This document shows positions 1 through 14,419 of a stretch of 64,000 bases of DNA, piece by piece (within the stretch, counting starts at the first letter, position 1; the number at the start of each line of letters is the position of its first letter). The position numbers and the translations under genes are program-made. Source of the DNA: Bugula neritina (Eukaryota; Animalia; Bryozoa); NCBI GenBank assembly GCA_964035545.1, contig OZ037768.1:18707700-18771699 (forward strand), read 5' to 3'. Under the pieces are notes generated by a model. That model was not told the origin of the DNA. It did no database searches and saw only the letters and a program-made list of their open reading frames with translations.

Positions 1-82
1 ATAGCTATGCTATGCTATGCTATGCTATGCTATATTGGGCCTGTGCTATGCTATAGCTATGCTAAACTTGTGCTAGGCTGAC

Positions 83-3000
83 CTGTGTAGCTTCAACTTG
101 TTCAGAGTCTTCATCTTCAAAGTTAGGCATTGGCTGGTCCAAGAAAAGCACATCAATATCTGCTTTGTCTATTTTCCATAGCAAACTGTCCACTCTTTTC
201 TTTTGTTGGTATTGCCTGTCATAAAAACAGAATAATAAGTATTCCTGTACACTAACTATTTATTCTCTGTAGTGTTGAGTTTACTCAGTGGACCCACAGT
301 GTAATGGCTAGCACGCCTGCTTGTAAGCTGCAGTTCTTGGGTTCGAATCCTAGTGGGGGCAATTTTTTTCATTCTCACAAAAACAAGTGCAGATTGAAGT
401 TTCTAGGTTTTTTGAGCTATTGTTATACTTAGAGTAAGTACATATACAAGTGTAAGTTGCTATTACCTCCAGTAACATACACCTAGTAGAGTAAGTACAA
501 TAACTACGCTAGCACCGACTACCACTGCCAAATACACAAAATATGACAATGAATCTTTGGTACATCTTGATCCTGTGAAGCCACAAACAGGTTCTGGCAA
601 AGGCGGACTCCTTCCTAGCCATGACATTGGTTCGTGCTTCAAGTATTCCTACAAAGGAGCAGATTGCTACTTTCTGATGATTCAAACATTTAGCTAAGTT
701 TTTGGGAAAACTCATAATTAAGATTTGTTGGGACTTTACATAAGTTGAGAAAGCTTTTCCCTAATACATGATAGCTTTTCACATATCATCTCAGCTATGC
801 CAGCTATATTATGCTTTTTCCACTCTCATTATGGCTACTACACAAAAGCTAACCTTTTTGACTAGTATAAAAACCCAGCATTTTTCACTTATCCACATTT
901 GCGTCTTACATTTAACCTTTTTCACATTGCTATTTTCTTTCAGTCTGCAGCAATAGATATTTCCATACACATTAAGCCACAATAAGATTAATGAAGACAA
1001 AAAATAAGCATAGCTGTGTGGATATTAAATCAATTTATCTGATGAGAAAGAAGCTTACAACTTGCTCATGGTATTAATACTCTTAACTTGCAAACTGCAT
1101 TGCTCCCATCAGCTGTGTCATAATGCAATATTATATTCTCACGGCATCGAAATATTCTCATGCATGCAACTATTTTTGGATAGCATGTGTCTATACCAGC
1201 TGTTCATTAGAATCTTCCAAATTACGAAATGTCCCAACTTGTTTCAAAGCCCATCCGTAGTTGGAGTTGCTTTCCTTAACTATAGCTACAGCTGAATAGG
1301 CTCCTTCGGCGTCTCCATGTGCATCAATAGAGTCATTGAATTGCTGTATACCTGATTGAATAACATTATTAGCTTTTAAATTATGTATCAATAGCTGATG
1401 CTTCTTTACATATCATATGGAATGTTCATTATAAATCAAAATTTGAGATAATGATGAATGATTTTGCAAATTACATAAAGAATAAGCATGCATATAAGTT
1501 AAAGCTACATATCATAGGTCTAGAGTCTAAACAATTTATCCTCTAACGCATTCTGATAGATGCATATACTAAGTTCTTAGTAACTTCTCATAGGTCAAGA
1601 GGCTCAAGTCCTACTATATAAGCCTTGTATTTTTTGAAGTTTAAACATACAATTGGATTTGCGATAACTGATGATGTAAGGATAAAAACTTTAACTTTAG
1701 CTTTACTAACTTCTGAAAGTTGAGTTTAAGATGTTCAATGTTAGTAATCTTCCATCTGATAAATCCCCTCCTGATTCTAACAGCTTCTTTGCAGCTTTGG
1801 CATAAATTAGAACTCCATCATATAGCTTGGCGGCATACAAGGATATTGGCAAAGGAACCTACACAAGTGAATATATGGCAGTGAATTTAGAAGAAACAGA
1901 CACAATAAGCTCATTATTTTCTACACTTTGTTCAGTTTTGTCCTATGACTAAAAAGTAACGCCAGTTTTCTGGTCATGAGTCAGAAAATGTTTGATCTAT
2001 GACTCACCCCAGGAAGTGCAATGATGTTGAAAGGAGGCTGAGTCATATGATCTCTCACTTGACTCTCGAACTCTAAGTACGCGCTGTCATGCTGACTTTC
2101 TCTGTGCATCAGAGTAATCAGTTGTCTGAAGCTATAGTCTAGGGTGTTGCTTGTGGTGTTCTGAACCGACTCAATCCCTACACAACATTTCAGGAGATTA
2201 CAACTTGCCGGGTGTGTGTGTACCCCTCTATTTTCTAGCTAATCCAAAAGTTAATTAAAAAAGTGCTAATATTTGTCTCCTTAGTAGTAAATATGGATAC
2301 TTGAACATTCTAACTATTTTTACAAGTCATTTAAAGGCATCAAACCAATGACAAGGCTCAGTTAACTAGTGCTGAAACCACACTTAAATTGTTAAATTTT
2401 AAAAAAAGTTTCAGTGCCTTATAAATTGTGTAGAGTGACCTATAGTATAATTTTATGAAAAAAGTTCAATTTAAACGCCTGATTTCATTGAATTGTATGA
2501 CCTCTCAATTCTATAGAATGGTTGCAAAGAAGGAAGTTATCCCTTCACTAAGTATAGAGTTATTTTACTTATGCATAATATTAAGTCATTTTAATAAGCT
2601 GCTTAACAACAGCAAAAATAACAGATTAAAAAGAGAGATTTGAAAGTTGATCATACCCAGTATATTGGAATTGTGTTACACCGGAAGAGCTAGTAGTAGA
2701 TTAACATATTGCAGGCAGAGAGTAAAACTGTGACAATATTATGATCTAGCAAACCTCAGCAAATTCAAGCAAATCTCAGATAGAACACTCATCTGCTATT
2801 GTTATAAATAAACAGTTTCAAAATTGAAACATTGTAAACTATTTTATAAAACCAAGTAACCACATCTGCAGTAAACATTAAGAAAACTTAAAGCATCTAC
2901 AAGTAATCTGATGGAGTTTAAGTCCCATGTGTTCAGCAATTGCTTCTCTATCATAAACCCCTACATGGTGCATAGACAGACTATACTAAAACTGTTTCTA

Positions 3001-6000
3001 TATTCAACAAGATTGTCAAGCAATTTCTATTTATATGTAGTGGTGGTTGCTCACAAAGAGCTCATGACTATCAACACTGAAGAGACAACTTTTATTAAAC
3101 TAACCATTCTAGTCTACATGCCGTATAATTCTAAAAGCCTTAACAGCTCAACTATAATTTTTTGTTCAAGAATACAGTTTAGAAAAAGCTCTCACTTTTA
3201 GCTTTTATAGCCATAAAATATGCCTTTAAAAAGTCCCACTTTGCAATTTTTAACTTCTAAACTCAACCTAAACTTAATTGGGCAACTGCATATATGTATA
3301 ACATAATTAGAAAAAAAATTAACTGCTTAAGACACTATATATAAAGTATATTAACATCAGTGCATTCTTTTTGATTTTTATTGCTATATTATTATGCAAG
3401 GACTGTGCACATTATTAATGTTTAGAAATGGGTTATAGAATTTGTTAGATTTATCAATTTGCAATTTTAACTAATAATTCAGTTATTTAACTGAGTATGT
3501 AATTGTGTTTAATAACAGCTTTACAACCTGATAATTAGCCATGTGGTTATTACTGACATATATTTATAACTGTAATATACAGAATTATAACTTGCAGTTA
3601 TAACAAATCAACCTGTTATTAGCATTTTCAGATTGCTTGCAAATTGCAGAGTTGTATGGAACATTGAATGCCTACATATTTACGAGAGGCAGTGCATCTG
3701 CCCATATATCTGTGTACAGCTGTATGTGCAGATTGTAAATACTATATTGTGCATACTGTAAATAATATTGTGCATGTATATGTAAAAATGGGAAGTACTG
3801 TAAATAAGCCCATATAACCGTGTTATGCCTATACCACAGTATATATACAAGTTGTAAATAATACCAAGCATACTATAGATAATATTATACATACTGAAAA
3901 TACTAATGTACATACTGCTAAGTGTAATAACTTAATAATATGTACTGTAAATATTATTGTACGTACTATATTATGTAAATTTAGACAAATTGCAAATAAA
4001 AATATATGCCTACGGTAAAGAAGGTTGTAAGTACTATAAAACAAATGGAAATGCTGTAAATACTAAGTACTGTAAATATTAAAGTAAGTGATATATACAA
4101 TATAATACACGCTGTATAAAATATTACACCCACTGTAAGTAGTACATTGTGCACACTGTATATAATATTATAAACAATATTGCACATACTGTCATATGAT
4201 ATTGTAAGCAATATTGTACATACAGTAAGCATATTATTAAAACTTACAAGTATTGGTGAGACGCCGCAGGGCAGTGTCTGATGTATACTCAAATTTGTCA
4301 GCAAACCCCCTGATATGAATGATGGCGTATTCTGAAATGTTGGCGTGCTTAGCTAAACATCTAACAAACTGCACCATCGGGTCATGGTCACCAAGGAAAA
4401 CATAAACTGAAACAGAAATAATTTATGTGCTCATTTTTACATATGCCCATTAATTCTATTCGTACACATACATACTTGGGTATTAATATGAAAAAAGAAG
4501 TGTGGAGATTCCTTAGTGAAATTTTCGACGTCCAAAAAATTTGGGCTAGCTTTATAAATGATTTGCTATTGTATGGGTTTTGTAAGCATTAAAGATTAAA
4601 GTCCTAAAAATTTATAAAAGTTTCAATTTTGTGGAAAAGCTTACTTGATTTTATCTAAATAATATATAATAATGATATAATATAATATTATAATAAAATA
4701 TGTACTAAAATTATAATATGTAATAGCATGTTATTTATTATTATATTAAAATTTTATATAGTAATGTTTCATATTTTTGGGTAATGGATATTATATGTAG
4801 TGTAATAACATGTCACAGGATGGTTGCTGAATTGTGATGTATTACAAATTATATATTTATTAGATTTGCTTTGTAGATTTACTACTAAACAAGAAATGAT
4901 AGTACCATGCACTGTGAAATCTACAGTAGCTGTTTAGCACGAGTTCTAAAAATACTGCATTATATTATATACATAGACGCTGACTTGACCATATCAAGGA
5001 AACAGGATTCACATCTACTAATTATAGCTTGTATAAGTATAGTAAGATTCTAACTCTATAGTTTACAATATAACATAATACTAACTTATACTAAAAAAAT
5101 ACATAATAATATTATACTAAAACTTAAATACTGTACTTTAAGTTCATATATCACATTGTATTTAAATTATGTTCAAAATTAAAGTTACACAGCAATAGCA
5201 GTTCATAGTTTAGCTATGGCCTATCTAATAAAACTAAATTAATAGTGTTTTTCACACAGTTTTATGCTATGATTGTTGCATATGTTCTATCCATATCTCT
5301 CTTTCATTTTGTGGTTTATGTATGTGTGCATATGGACAAAAATGAATTTATTAGATCCGTGAGTTGAAACTGGTATTCTAATGTGTCAGGAATTGAGGTT
5401 TCGATATCCGAAGCTTAGCGAGATACGGAGGATGTACTGTATTTGAGCAAAGCCCTCTAGCTTATAACCTATGAACAAGGAGTATATTAAACACTTACCT
5501 CTGGTCTTTGTGGAGCTACTCTCTGCTATACCACATATCTTGTCATAATGATCTTGCATAAACACTTTATAGTTTGATGTGAATGAATTATTTGTATTTA
5601 TCTACAAAAGTTTGAAAAAATATTGCTAATGTGATCATAAAGTTGGAGGCGAAATCACCAATACAGATTCTTATTAGAGTTTAGAATGTTTTGGTTTGAA
5701 ACTTGGAGCATAGAGAGGTCATAGGCCATAGGCCAATCTACTCAAATAACCAATGTTCCAGCAACTGTCCTACACTGGCATAGCCGGAAGGAACAAAAGA
5801 AAAACTTTATAAGGTAAATATGAGGCCGCATAGGGTGTTATAGAGGTCATTATATGGGGGGATTATAGGGGTCATTATATGGGGGCATTATAAGGATTGT
5901 ATATGGGGTATTATAGGGGTCATATGGAGGTTTTATAGGGGTCATGTGCTTACTGCACGTATTCAAACAATTAAATAGGTACTTGTAATAATTTTACAGC

Positions 6001-9000
6001 TTTGTTTATATGATACAAGCCACATATATGTAAAGAATAAAACATGGATGTCATAAGCCTATATTAAGAAAAACTTGGTGATGCAGAGGTATATAATAAC
6101 AGGTCATAAATAATATTTTTGATTAAAACTCAAAAGTCAAACTAAAACCTGTATGCACTGTATTACTGTCCACTAAACTAACAAAATTCTGAGCAGTTGA
6201 GACAATATATTATCATAAAAAAGTTAAAGTTATAATGTTAAAAGAAATTTTGAAAACAATTGAAACCAACATAAAATGGCCTAATTAAAAAATACCCAGC
6301 AACTTTTTGTTCTGTTGTTTAACTCTAAACAGCATATAATAATTTATGTAAGCCACGGCTGCAGCTGTGGTACAGTATACAAGGTACGCATTTGAGGTAA
6401 CATAAAAATTAGGCTTGTGAACTATTTTGACACTTAGCTTAAATAATAAGTTAATAAAAAGTTGGTATATAGCAGCTTTAAATAGTAATTAACATCAGAC
6501 GATATACTATCATAGAGATGCTGTAACGTAATTGCCAGAAAAAGATTGCCAATAGTTTGTTGGAACAATTTATGGCCTTCAACTCTGCCTGCATATATAA
6601 TAGTATTGATTGACATTTATAAGAGGTGTGTAATGTGCTGTTAAGGAATCTCATGTCTATGTATATGTGTATATGCTGTAATAAATATGATGGAGTGGGA
6701 GTGTACATAGTAGTTTATGTAGTATAATAGGAGCTGCTATGACTAGAAGCTCTTCCTAACATCACCTTTGTCGGGGTTTGAACCCATGACTTTGTGCTTA
6801 CTATACAAATGCTCTAACCCTTAGCTAAGTGAATAGATGCTATAGCAAATTGTGTGGGTGAAATATCTTTTACTGTCAGTCAATGGTTATAATTTTCCCC
6901 AAAGTACTTTTGGGGTTTAGGGTTGGTAGGTTGTGGGCCCCTGCAGCACTCACTCATTTAGTATTTGAATTTTGTGAATAGATGTGTTTAATGTAGTATA
7001 GTAATATAATATATTATATACACGTATTATATAATAATAGTATATAAACATGTCGTAGCATATATGTATAGTAATTAGTATACAATAGCAGCATACTAGT
7101 ACATAGTAGTATATAACAGAATATTGCAGTATACAGTAGCAGTGGTATACAATATAGTAATATATCGTAGTATACATTAACAGCTATATATAGTAGTAGC
7201 CAGGGTTGGGGTCAATAACATGTGAATGTAATTAATTACATTTACAATTACTTGAAAATTTGTCAATTACAATTACAATTATAATTGCAGTTGAAATCAA
7301 TGTAATTAATCACAATTACAATTACATGGTAATGTAATTAGTTACAATTACAATTACTTTTGTTCTAACAATGGAAAAATAGTTGAGTTATATAATTTTA
7401 CTTCTGGAGTTCAACTATTTGGGGCAATTTTGACAGCAGAGAACCTTCTTTGTTCTCCGTGGTGACTTATAGGGTGATACAATATTACATTTAATTAATC
7501 TGAACTTCTATTACCCAGTAGGCATGGTAGGAAAAGTATGAATTTTATGAGATTTAAAAATTTGAAGTAATTGTCATGTAATTATAAAATAATTGTAAAA
7601 ATCAATTACATTGGCTATGTAATTAATTACAATTACAATAACATCTTTATACATCAATTACAAATTACATTCAATTACTTGAAAAAATGTAATTAATTAC
7701 AACCAATTACAATTACAAATTATAATTACCCCAACCCTGGTAGTAGCATATATAGTCTTAGTATATAGCAGTAGTATAATATAGTAGTATATAGTAGTAT
7801 ACAGTAGTAGTGGTATATAATATATTATAAGTAACACACACTACTAACTCATATGAATTAATGATTAAACTCTAGAGCTTGTCAATATTTGCTAATACCT
7901 TAGCAAGTAACAACTAGTGCAGTTGCATTGCACAATACATAGTCAAGTGGATTCTTCTAGGGTTCTAAGAAAAATAAGTGCAATTCAGCAGGGGTAAACA
8001 ACTCCTTATTGGTACATACAAGTACTGCTTTTAATTTAGTTTACAAAAAATCACTAATTAAACTTTTGTTACTGGAGACTTTTAATTACGGGATTGCACA
8101 TATCATTGGCTTATAATGCATGAAAGTAAACATTCTACATCAACAAGTATATTGTTACATTGATTACCAATATGCATGTATAATTTAAAGGTTAATATAC
8201 AAACTGAAATGTAGTTTTTTTTAGCTGCGAGACCCAGCGTCCAGCTCACTTCCTCCCACTCGGAGGTCTGCTCCATGACCACCGAAAAGCTGTCCCACTT
8301 ATAGTAGGAGAATAAGGCTAATATAGACTTGGTGACTTTGGCGGTACTAGGAACAGTGCGGGCAAATGTCGGGTATTCCAACTTGTTAGAGAGCACAGAG
8401 TCTAGGCACCTCTAAATAAAGATATATACTAATAATAGATAAATTATTAAAACTTTTTTCTTTAAACAACATCTAATATTACTACAATGTTGTTTATAAA
8501 AATGCATATCATATACCTATTGTACAGTAATAAGTATATATGTTAGATTTAAACCAATGCTCAGTCATGCATATACGTAATATCACAGTATGTGATACTG
8601 CTACAATATTGTTTACAAGCATACTTATTGTACAAAAATAAAACATAAACTCACGCAAGTTTATAGTCCCTATCCCTGTGAGAAACCCCTAATGGAGAAG
8701 GGTTTTTGTTAAATCGAGCTAAGGACTTGTTCAGATGGGGCAGAGGAGCAGTTATGAGTTATGACTAGATGCTCTTCCTAACATCACCAATGGCCTTTGC
8801 CAGGGCTCGAACCCATGACTTTGTGTTTACTAAGCAAATGCTTGAACCCCTAGACCACGGCTGTTCTCTGAATTGCATTGTAATAAATATACCCAAACTT
8901 AAAGCATCATGCACAGTTAGGTGTAACATTTCATTGGACTTGATTATTTACTTATTCTGCAAACTTTGTGCTAGCAGCTCTCATGACTAAATAGCGGCAT

Positions 9001-12000
9001 AATTACGTCTCATAAACAGCCAACTGTCTAATATAATTATATAGTACAATAATTATTAATTATGTAAGTGTATAATATAATTATAGCAAAATAATACGTT
9101 ATGTTACTATTGACATCCACCCAGGCCAATAGCAATTACATGTAAACAGAAATTCTAAACCTAGACACATAATCATTTTTTTAGGTTTATAAAAAGTAAC
9201 ACTTCCATGCATGAAAATTGGCAAAAAGAGTAGCAAAGTGTTTTTTTAAATAAGTTTACAGATATGCATTTTGAAGGAAAGTTGTTTAATGATGAAAAAG
9301 TGAACTAGAAGCTGTGCCTTTGTTTAAAACATTTGAAAATAAAACTGGTGGAACATACTAAGACTGGTAACATATTTTGCACTAATACTATTGACACTGG
9401 AGCTTAGAAATCTAATGCAGGAACTACTTGTAATTGGCTGCTAATGTAATATTAGGATCCATAGCTAACAGACTAAAAACCTAAATGTCGTCATTCAAGC
9501 ACTTTCAAGCACCTCTCGACTGAACTCACTGTATAACATGGCAAGTAAACCGCACTGATAAAGCCTATAGAGAAATGAAGCCTTTATTTTTGCATATATA
9601 ATTATGGTAGCAGGCCTCCTTCTTCTTGGAGTTAAAAATATTATAGGTTTATCTTGAAAGCTGTAGCGTCCAGCAAATTGCTTACTAAATACTCAGTATT
9701 TTATGTAATCAATTCAATTGTGAAACATAGTCATCAGAAAGTATAAAAGCTTTGCTATTTTTATTAAAATACAGCTGACAGCAAACTAATGGTAGGTTTA
9801 ACCATCACTCAGCAATATGTTGTAATAATTCTGCATAGGAAACTTTTATCATTGCACATTATAATAGCAGTTCTACTTGGAGAGAAACCAACTAAATAGC
9901 AAATAGCAAATATATTATGTTGAATAGGGAAGAAATTAACTCACATATCCTATCATTGGTCTATTCAAAGCGGCTGCCAGTTTAGCAGAGAAGACACAGT
10001 TATTCTCGGGACCAAAGAACACATCTGCCCCCTGGTGGTAAAGGTCTACGATGGCTTTCAAAGTAGTTTCGGAATCATACTCTGCATCCTACAGATAAAA
10101 CACAATGTAGCAACATGGAATCATCCTATTGAATGAGCTCTATCAGAATGGAAGTCTATATAATTATATAGTGTTTTTAATACTTTAATCAATTATAAGG
10201 CATTTAAAATCACAATCAATGAAACTTGGAATGAGATAAAGAAAATAACATGCCATTAGCGCAGTTTAAAACTCCATAGCTGGTGTAGTGCTCATTTCAC
10301 ACTGCTACCAAAATTGGTCCTGTGAGAGTACAATTGTAATATACTAATTTTCGATAACAACTATGTAATTACTTGGCCATGGTTTAAATGAAACTGAATT
10401 GTAAGTAGATCTTACTGGCACAGATTATGTAAATAAAGTGAAAGTTCTACAAGTTATGTTACCTTAAATATATACACTGGCAATATACAGTATTACCTAC
10501 CTTAACTATATACACTAGCAATATATTACCTTGAAAATATAGGTGAAGTTTATGTGGTCGTAGTCAGGGTTTGCTTGCAAAGCATCAATAGCTACGGAGA
10601 TGGCAGCAGCATAGGTCTTGCCTGTGTTACCAGTTTCATGGTTCTTGGATGTTATTGATGGAAGAAATCCGAGTTTGATATTTGTTAGATTTTTACATTT
10701 TGCTCCACTTATATATATGACTACCAGTAGGCACAGAGCAGCTGCTAGCTACATAAAATGTCAAAACAATAATATTTCATTGATTATTTTATTGCACTTC
10801 ATAATGGTTATAATACTTAAACAGAAATTTGTGTTCTAAGGGCAATAAAACTTAACTTATATAAAAATACTATATAGAAAAGGACACAGAACAAATAAAT
10901 TGATACAAATCTTTTTTTAATTTTTAAACAAATTTACCAGATAGCAAACTATATTAATATACATTGTAATACTTCATCATACCTTGCAGTTTATCATTGT
11001 CCACCAATAAGCCACACTGTTTTAAGATGTATTTTATTCTAAAATTCAAATGGTTAATAAAGTTTTAAGTGACAGATCTATACTGTCAACAGATATGCTA
11101 GGATTGGAATAACATAAATTAGAACAAATATTTGTTTGCTTATGAAATAAAATCCATAAACCATAACTTAAATACTAAAGCTAAATGATAAATGTATAAA
11201 TTATCATGCTTTTATATGCTAAGATTATGCCTTATACAGTTCAAGTGGAGCATTCGGTCAAATTGGTCTACAATAAAAAAAAGTTGGATTATTTAAAAAA
11301 AATTGCAAGATGTAAATGCAGTCAAGTCTGTCAGAGTAAAGCTACGTATGTATATTTATCATAATATTATAGTCAACTTTCATACAGAATTCAAAATGAT
11401 GAGTAACAGAACTGTAAAAATGGCAAATGCACAACATGCACTGTAATATAAATAAACTATAAAAAAACTCACGTAAGTTTATAGTCGCTATCCCTGTGAG
11501 AAACCCCTGATGGAAAGGGTTTTTGTTAAAGCAGGCTAAAGACTTATTTAAGTGAGGCACAGGAGCAATTATGGGTGGATGCTCTTCCTAACATCACCAA
11601 TGGCCTTTGTCCAGCTCGAACCCATGACCTCGTGTTTACTAGACAAACGCTCTAACCCCTAGACCACCACGGCTGCTTCCATATAATTAAACTATATTAT
11701 GGATTATTTATGACATTTAAGCACATCAGATAACCTAGGTTGTTGATGAGAACTGCTATTAACTCGTGCTGCTCTTTTAATACTAAATAACAGAACATCA
11801 CCTCGAAATCTTTGTCCTTCTGAAATCTTGTGTTTGTTGTAGCTGTCATATTCCATGTGCAGAATAAAGAGCAATAATAACTTTAAACCAACCAAGCTTA
11901 CTAATGCTCTTAATGCAACGAGGCTAATAAATTACTTTCCCAACTATATGTGAGTAAAAGCAAATCATAGCCTAAGGACATGCAATTGTCTGTACATGTG

Positions 12001-12114
12001 TGCATAATATTATGAGCTCACATTTATACACAGTATATAATACTTTACAGATAAATATTATTCACTTTATGTTTGCATGCTTATGAAATTACCTTTGACT
12101 GCAGGCAGAATCAT
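83..12114 (-). CDS. Receptor-type (membrane) guanylyl cyclase, 5' part: signal peptide, ANF-receptor-type extracellular domain, TM helix and juxtamembrane region. Kinase-homology and cyclase exons lie left of the window.
   Basis: Phase-compatible GT-AG exons: 10748(or 10744)-10530, 10088-9945 (FFGPENNCVFSAKLAAALNRPMIGY), 8411-8205 (SNKLEYPTFARTVP..YYKW), 5601-5499, 4406-4248 (TR/VYVFLGD), 2177-2008 (PPFN), 1858-1711 (YAAKLYDGVLIYA), 1351-1197 (IDAHGDAEGAYS), 648-467 (PPLPEPVCGFTGSRC + TM helix) and 215-83 (VDSLLWKID). The start exon 12114-12093 (MILPAVK) is tentative and needs the tandem acceptor at 10744. The cyclase call rests on the extracellular and juxtamembrane motifs only. Confidence 0.88.
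290..361 (+). pseudogene. Degenerate tRNA-like element (tRNA pseudogene or short SINE head) in an intron
   Basis: A-box-like CAGTGTAATGG, B box GGGTTCGAATCC, paired T stem, 5 of 7 acceptor pairs and a T8 run at 363-370. The anticodon stem is broken. Confidence 0.6.
6730..6824 (-). mobile_element. tRNA-derived SINE, partial copy
   Basis: Shares TCTTCCTAACATCAC and AACCCATGACTTTGTG with the other copies. Confidence 0.75.
7201..7739. mobile_element. Non-autonomous hAT-type DNA transposon (MITE), 539 bp
   Basis: TIR CAGGGTTGGGGT...ACCCCAACCCTG, exact 8-bp TSD GTAGTAGC (7193-7200 and 7740-7747), and subterminal AATTAC/GTAATT arrays. Confidence 0.9.
8646..8868 (-). mobile_element. tRNA-Thr-derived SINE, full-length copy
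   Basis: On the minus strand: A box CCGTGGTCTAGGGG, loop TTAGTAA, B box GGTTCGAGCC, core GGCCATTGGTGATGTTAGGAAGAGCATC and tail ACTTGCGTGAGTTTA. Confidence 0.88.
11464..11680 (-). mobile_element. tRNA-Thr-derived SINE, full-length copy
   Basis: Same family. Flanked by near-identical ATATAAATAAACTATA and ATATAATTAAACTATA, a probable TSD. Confidence 0.88.
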
Positions 12115-14099
12115 CCTCTACTCTCATGGCTTTTATTATCCATCATAAGCTGTTGAAGATATGAACCAACTCAAGTCTTTGCTGTCATATTTTATAGCAA
12201 TTAGGCTTCGCAGAAATCGATTACTAGCTATTGAAATGTATCAAATGTCTCTTTGCAGCCCGTGTAATGTATTTTGTCTTTATCTCAGTTCAACTGATAC
12301 TTGAAATGTTATCAAGGAGAGCTAATATCAAGTGTTTAAATGTGCAGCACCAGCTAAATACTTACTACTTCTGGCTAATGATACAGTGGGAAACGCTGCA
12401 AGGTACCTCTGCCTATTTGCTATTATGGCTGGTATATTTATGGTGGTCTACTGCTAATTGCTGCACCCACGTGTTAACAGCTCGTAAATAGTCAAAACCT
12501 ATAAGCACGTGCATAATTTTACTTATATTTGCTGTGATTATAGCAAATCCATTATCTAGTACAGAGTCAAACAAAGTGACTGATTCACAAATGGAAACAA
12601 ACTAATATGATATAAATAAGTGCCTCAAAATTATGAAGAGAAATGTACAGAATAACAATAATATTATGTTTTGACCATATAACCAGGCCTATACACACTC
12701 TGTTTTCATATCAACTTCTTAATATTTTAAAAACAAAGATCAAAACCCCACAATTCAATTTTACTATAAGGTTCACAACGTAAAATTAACCAGGTTTAGC
12801 TGAAATTCGCTTTTTAGTCCTATCTACGTATATATATATATGTTTTTAGAAGCAACTGTCTTAAAAAAATTGGATTTGCCATGCAGCCATAAACATTATA
12901 TTACTTATTAGAATTTTTCTGTTAGCATTATATTTGTTAAATTATTTTGTCTAGTACATAGTATACTGTTTTTATTAAAGAGTTTCTGCTTCCAGATCCA
13001 TAATAGTTATTGATAACTTGTCTAATTATTACTAATATATAATAGACGGTCACATGTTTAAAGATTTACATTAGTATCTCTCACTTATGAAAAGTAAATG
13101 CAATATTTTGTCAGTTTGTTAATACAAGAAAGACATTCAGTCGTATACATTGCTCAGACAAATAGCACCATGTAATCCATACTTGAAATATTAAGACTAA
13201 TTAGGGAGGCCTGCATGAAAGTCAATTAATTCATGGGGAATGGAGTTTAAATGGTTATTATTACAGCATAATTGTTGCAACACATCCATTGGCATTTAAA
13301 GATTATTAGCAGATCGAAATGCAGTAGTATAATTAATATTATATATATTTGTTGCGAAAATCGTTACATCAGGCTATAACAAAAACAGCATAATAAGATT
13401 TTCCTAAACATAGAGTTATAATCTATTTGTAAAGAGGCAGTAATGGCAAATTAGCAACAGTAAATTATTGCTCACTATGATAAGGATATTCTGAATCAAC
13501 ACGCTTTAAAATATGATATGCAGCAACAAAACAATGTTTAGAAAAATGTTATGCTGACAGTTATGTTAAAGCCGTTGCAACACCAACAGCAGCACCTTAG
13601 CAGTTTAAACCATAACTCATAAGCCTTTAGCTACTTCACTGCCAGGATAATAAAAAGGAAGCAGTAGAACAGTCACTATAATCAAGCTGGGGCTGTAGAG
13701 GTTAAAATTTGCCATATATCATATTATCTTCTTTTTTGCAAAACATCAGCTAAAGTAATATATCAATTATACAAGATATATGTGTAGTTTTTGAATTGCA
13801 TGGGTTTGAATAGAATTGAGGTAGGAATGAAATTTAACTTAAAAACTTCAATTTTCAAGTAACATAACATGTTCAATTATGATGGTTGTAATAAACAAAC
13901 ACTGCTAGAGCAAATCTTTCACTATGTAACCATGTTTATTTTAGCTTTTTTAATAGAAGTCACATCAAAAAATCTCTTTCCTTTTTCACAAACTCAAAAA
14001 TTACAATTCAGTTACTGGCAACTGTAAAGTGAACTGTTTTACAAGCACTTTACTAAGCGGTGTTATATTCAGGCTTTTAATAACTACATTAGGTAGTAG

Positions 14100-14400
14100 C
14101 AGTCCGTGGTCCCGTAAACCGGAATTTGCCATATTTGGAGTTGTCCCTACACAGTGTACAGCAAGTTATTGGCGCCGCTTAAAACTACTAACTCATCTTA
14201 TTAGCTTGAATAATTCTATAAACGGCTCCGAGTTGGGGGTTATTGAATGCAGTAGTTTGCAATTCCCAAATTTTAAGTTGGGGTTTTTAAGCAAGTCAAC
14301 TCCAGACTCTAGATTCTAGAATCTAGAACCTTAAACTACTGCACTTATTCACCATCAACTCGCAGCTGCTTATAAAATCATTCCACTAGCTTGCCCAGCT
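14100..14400. promoter_or_regulatory. Candidate promoter region between the divergent guanylyl cyclase and TCEANC2 genes
   Basis: Local rise in GC and CpG (CCGTGG, CCGGAA, GGCGCCGC) between two head-to-head genes. The TCEANC2 ATG exon has a splice acceptor at 16331-16332, which implies an upstream non-coding exon. Confidence 0.35.
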
Positions 14401-14419
14401 GCTTATTGAAGCACCAATA

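Noticed and set aside
3680-4304. Overlapping Tyr/Ile-rich minus-strand ORFs
   Set aside because: This is a degenerate AT-rich intronic repeat; only 4406-4248, in another frame, is a real exon.
5400-5441. Tc1/pogo-like terminus (..CGAGATACGGAGGATGTACTG TA)
   Set aside because: No matching opposite end was found in the window.
14029-14319. 96-aa plus-strand ORF
   Set aside because: Non-ATG start, no recognisable motif, and it overlaps a dispersed repeat motif.
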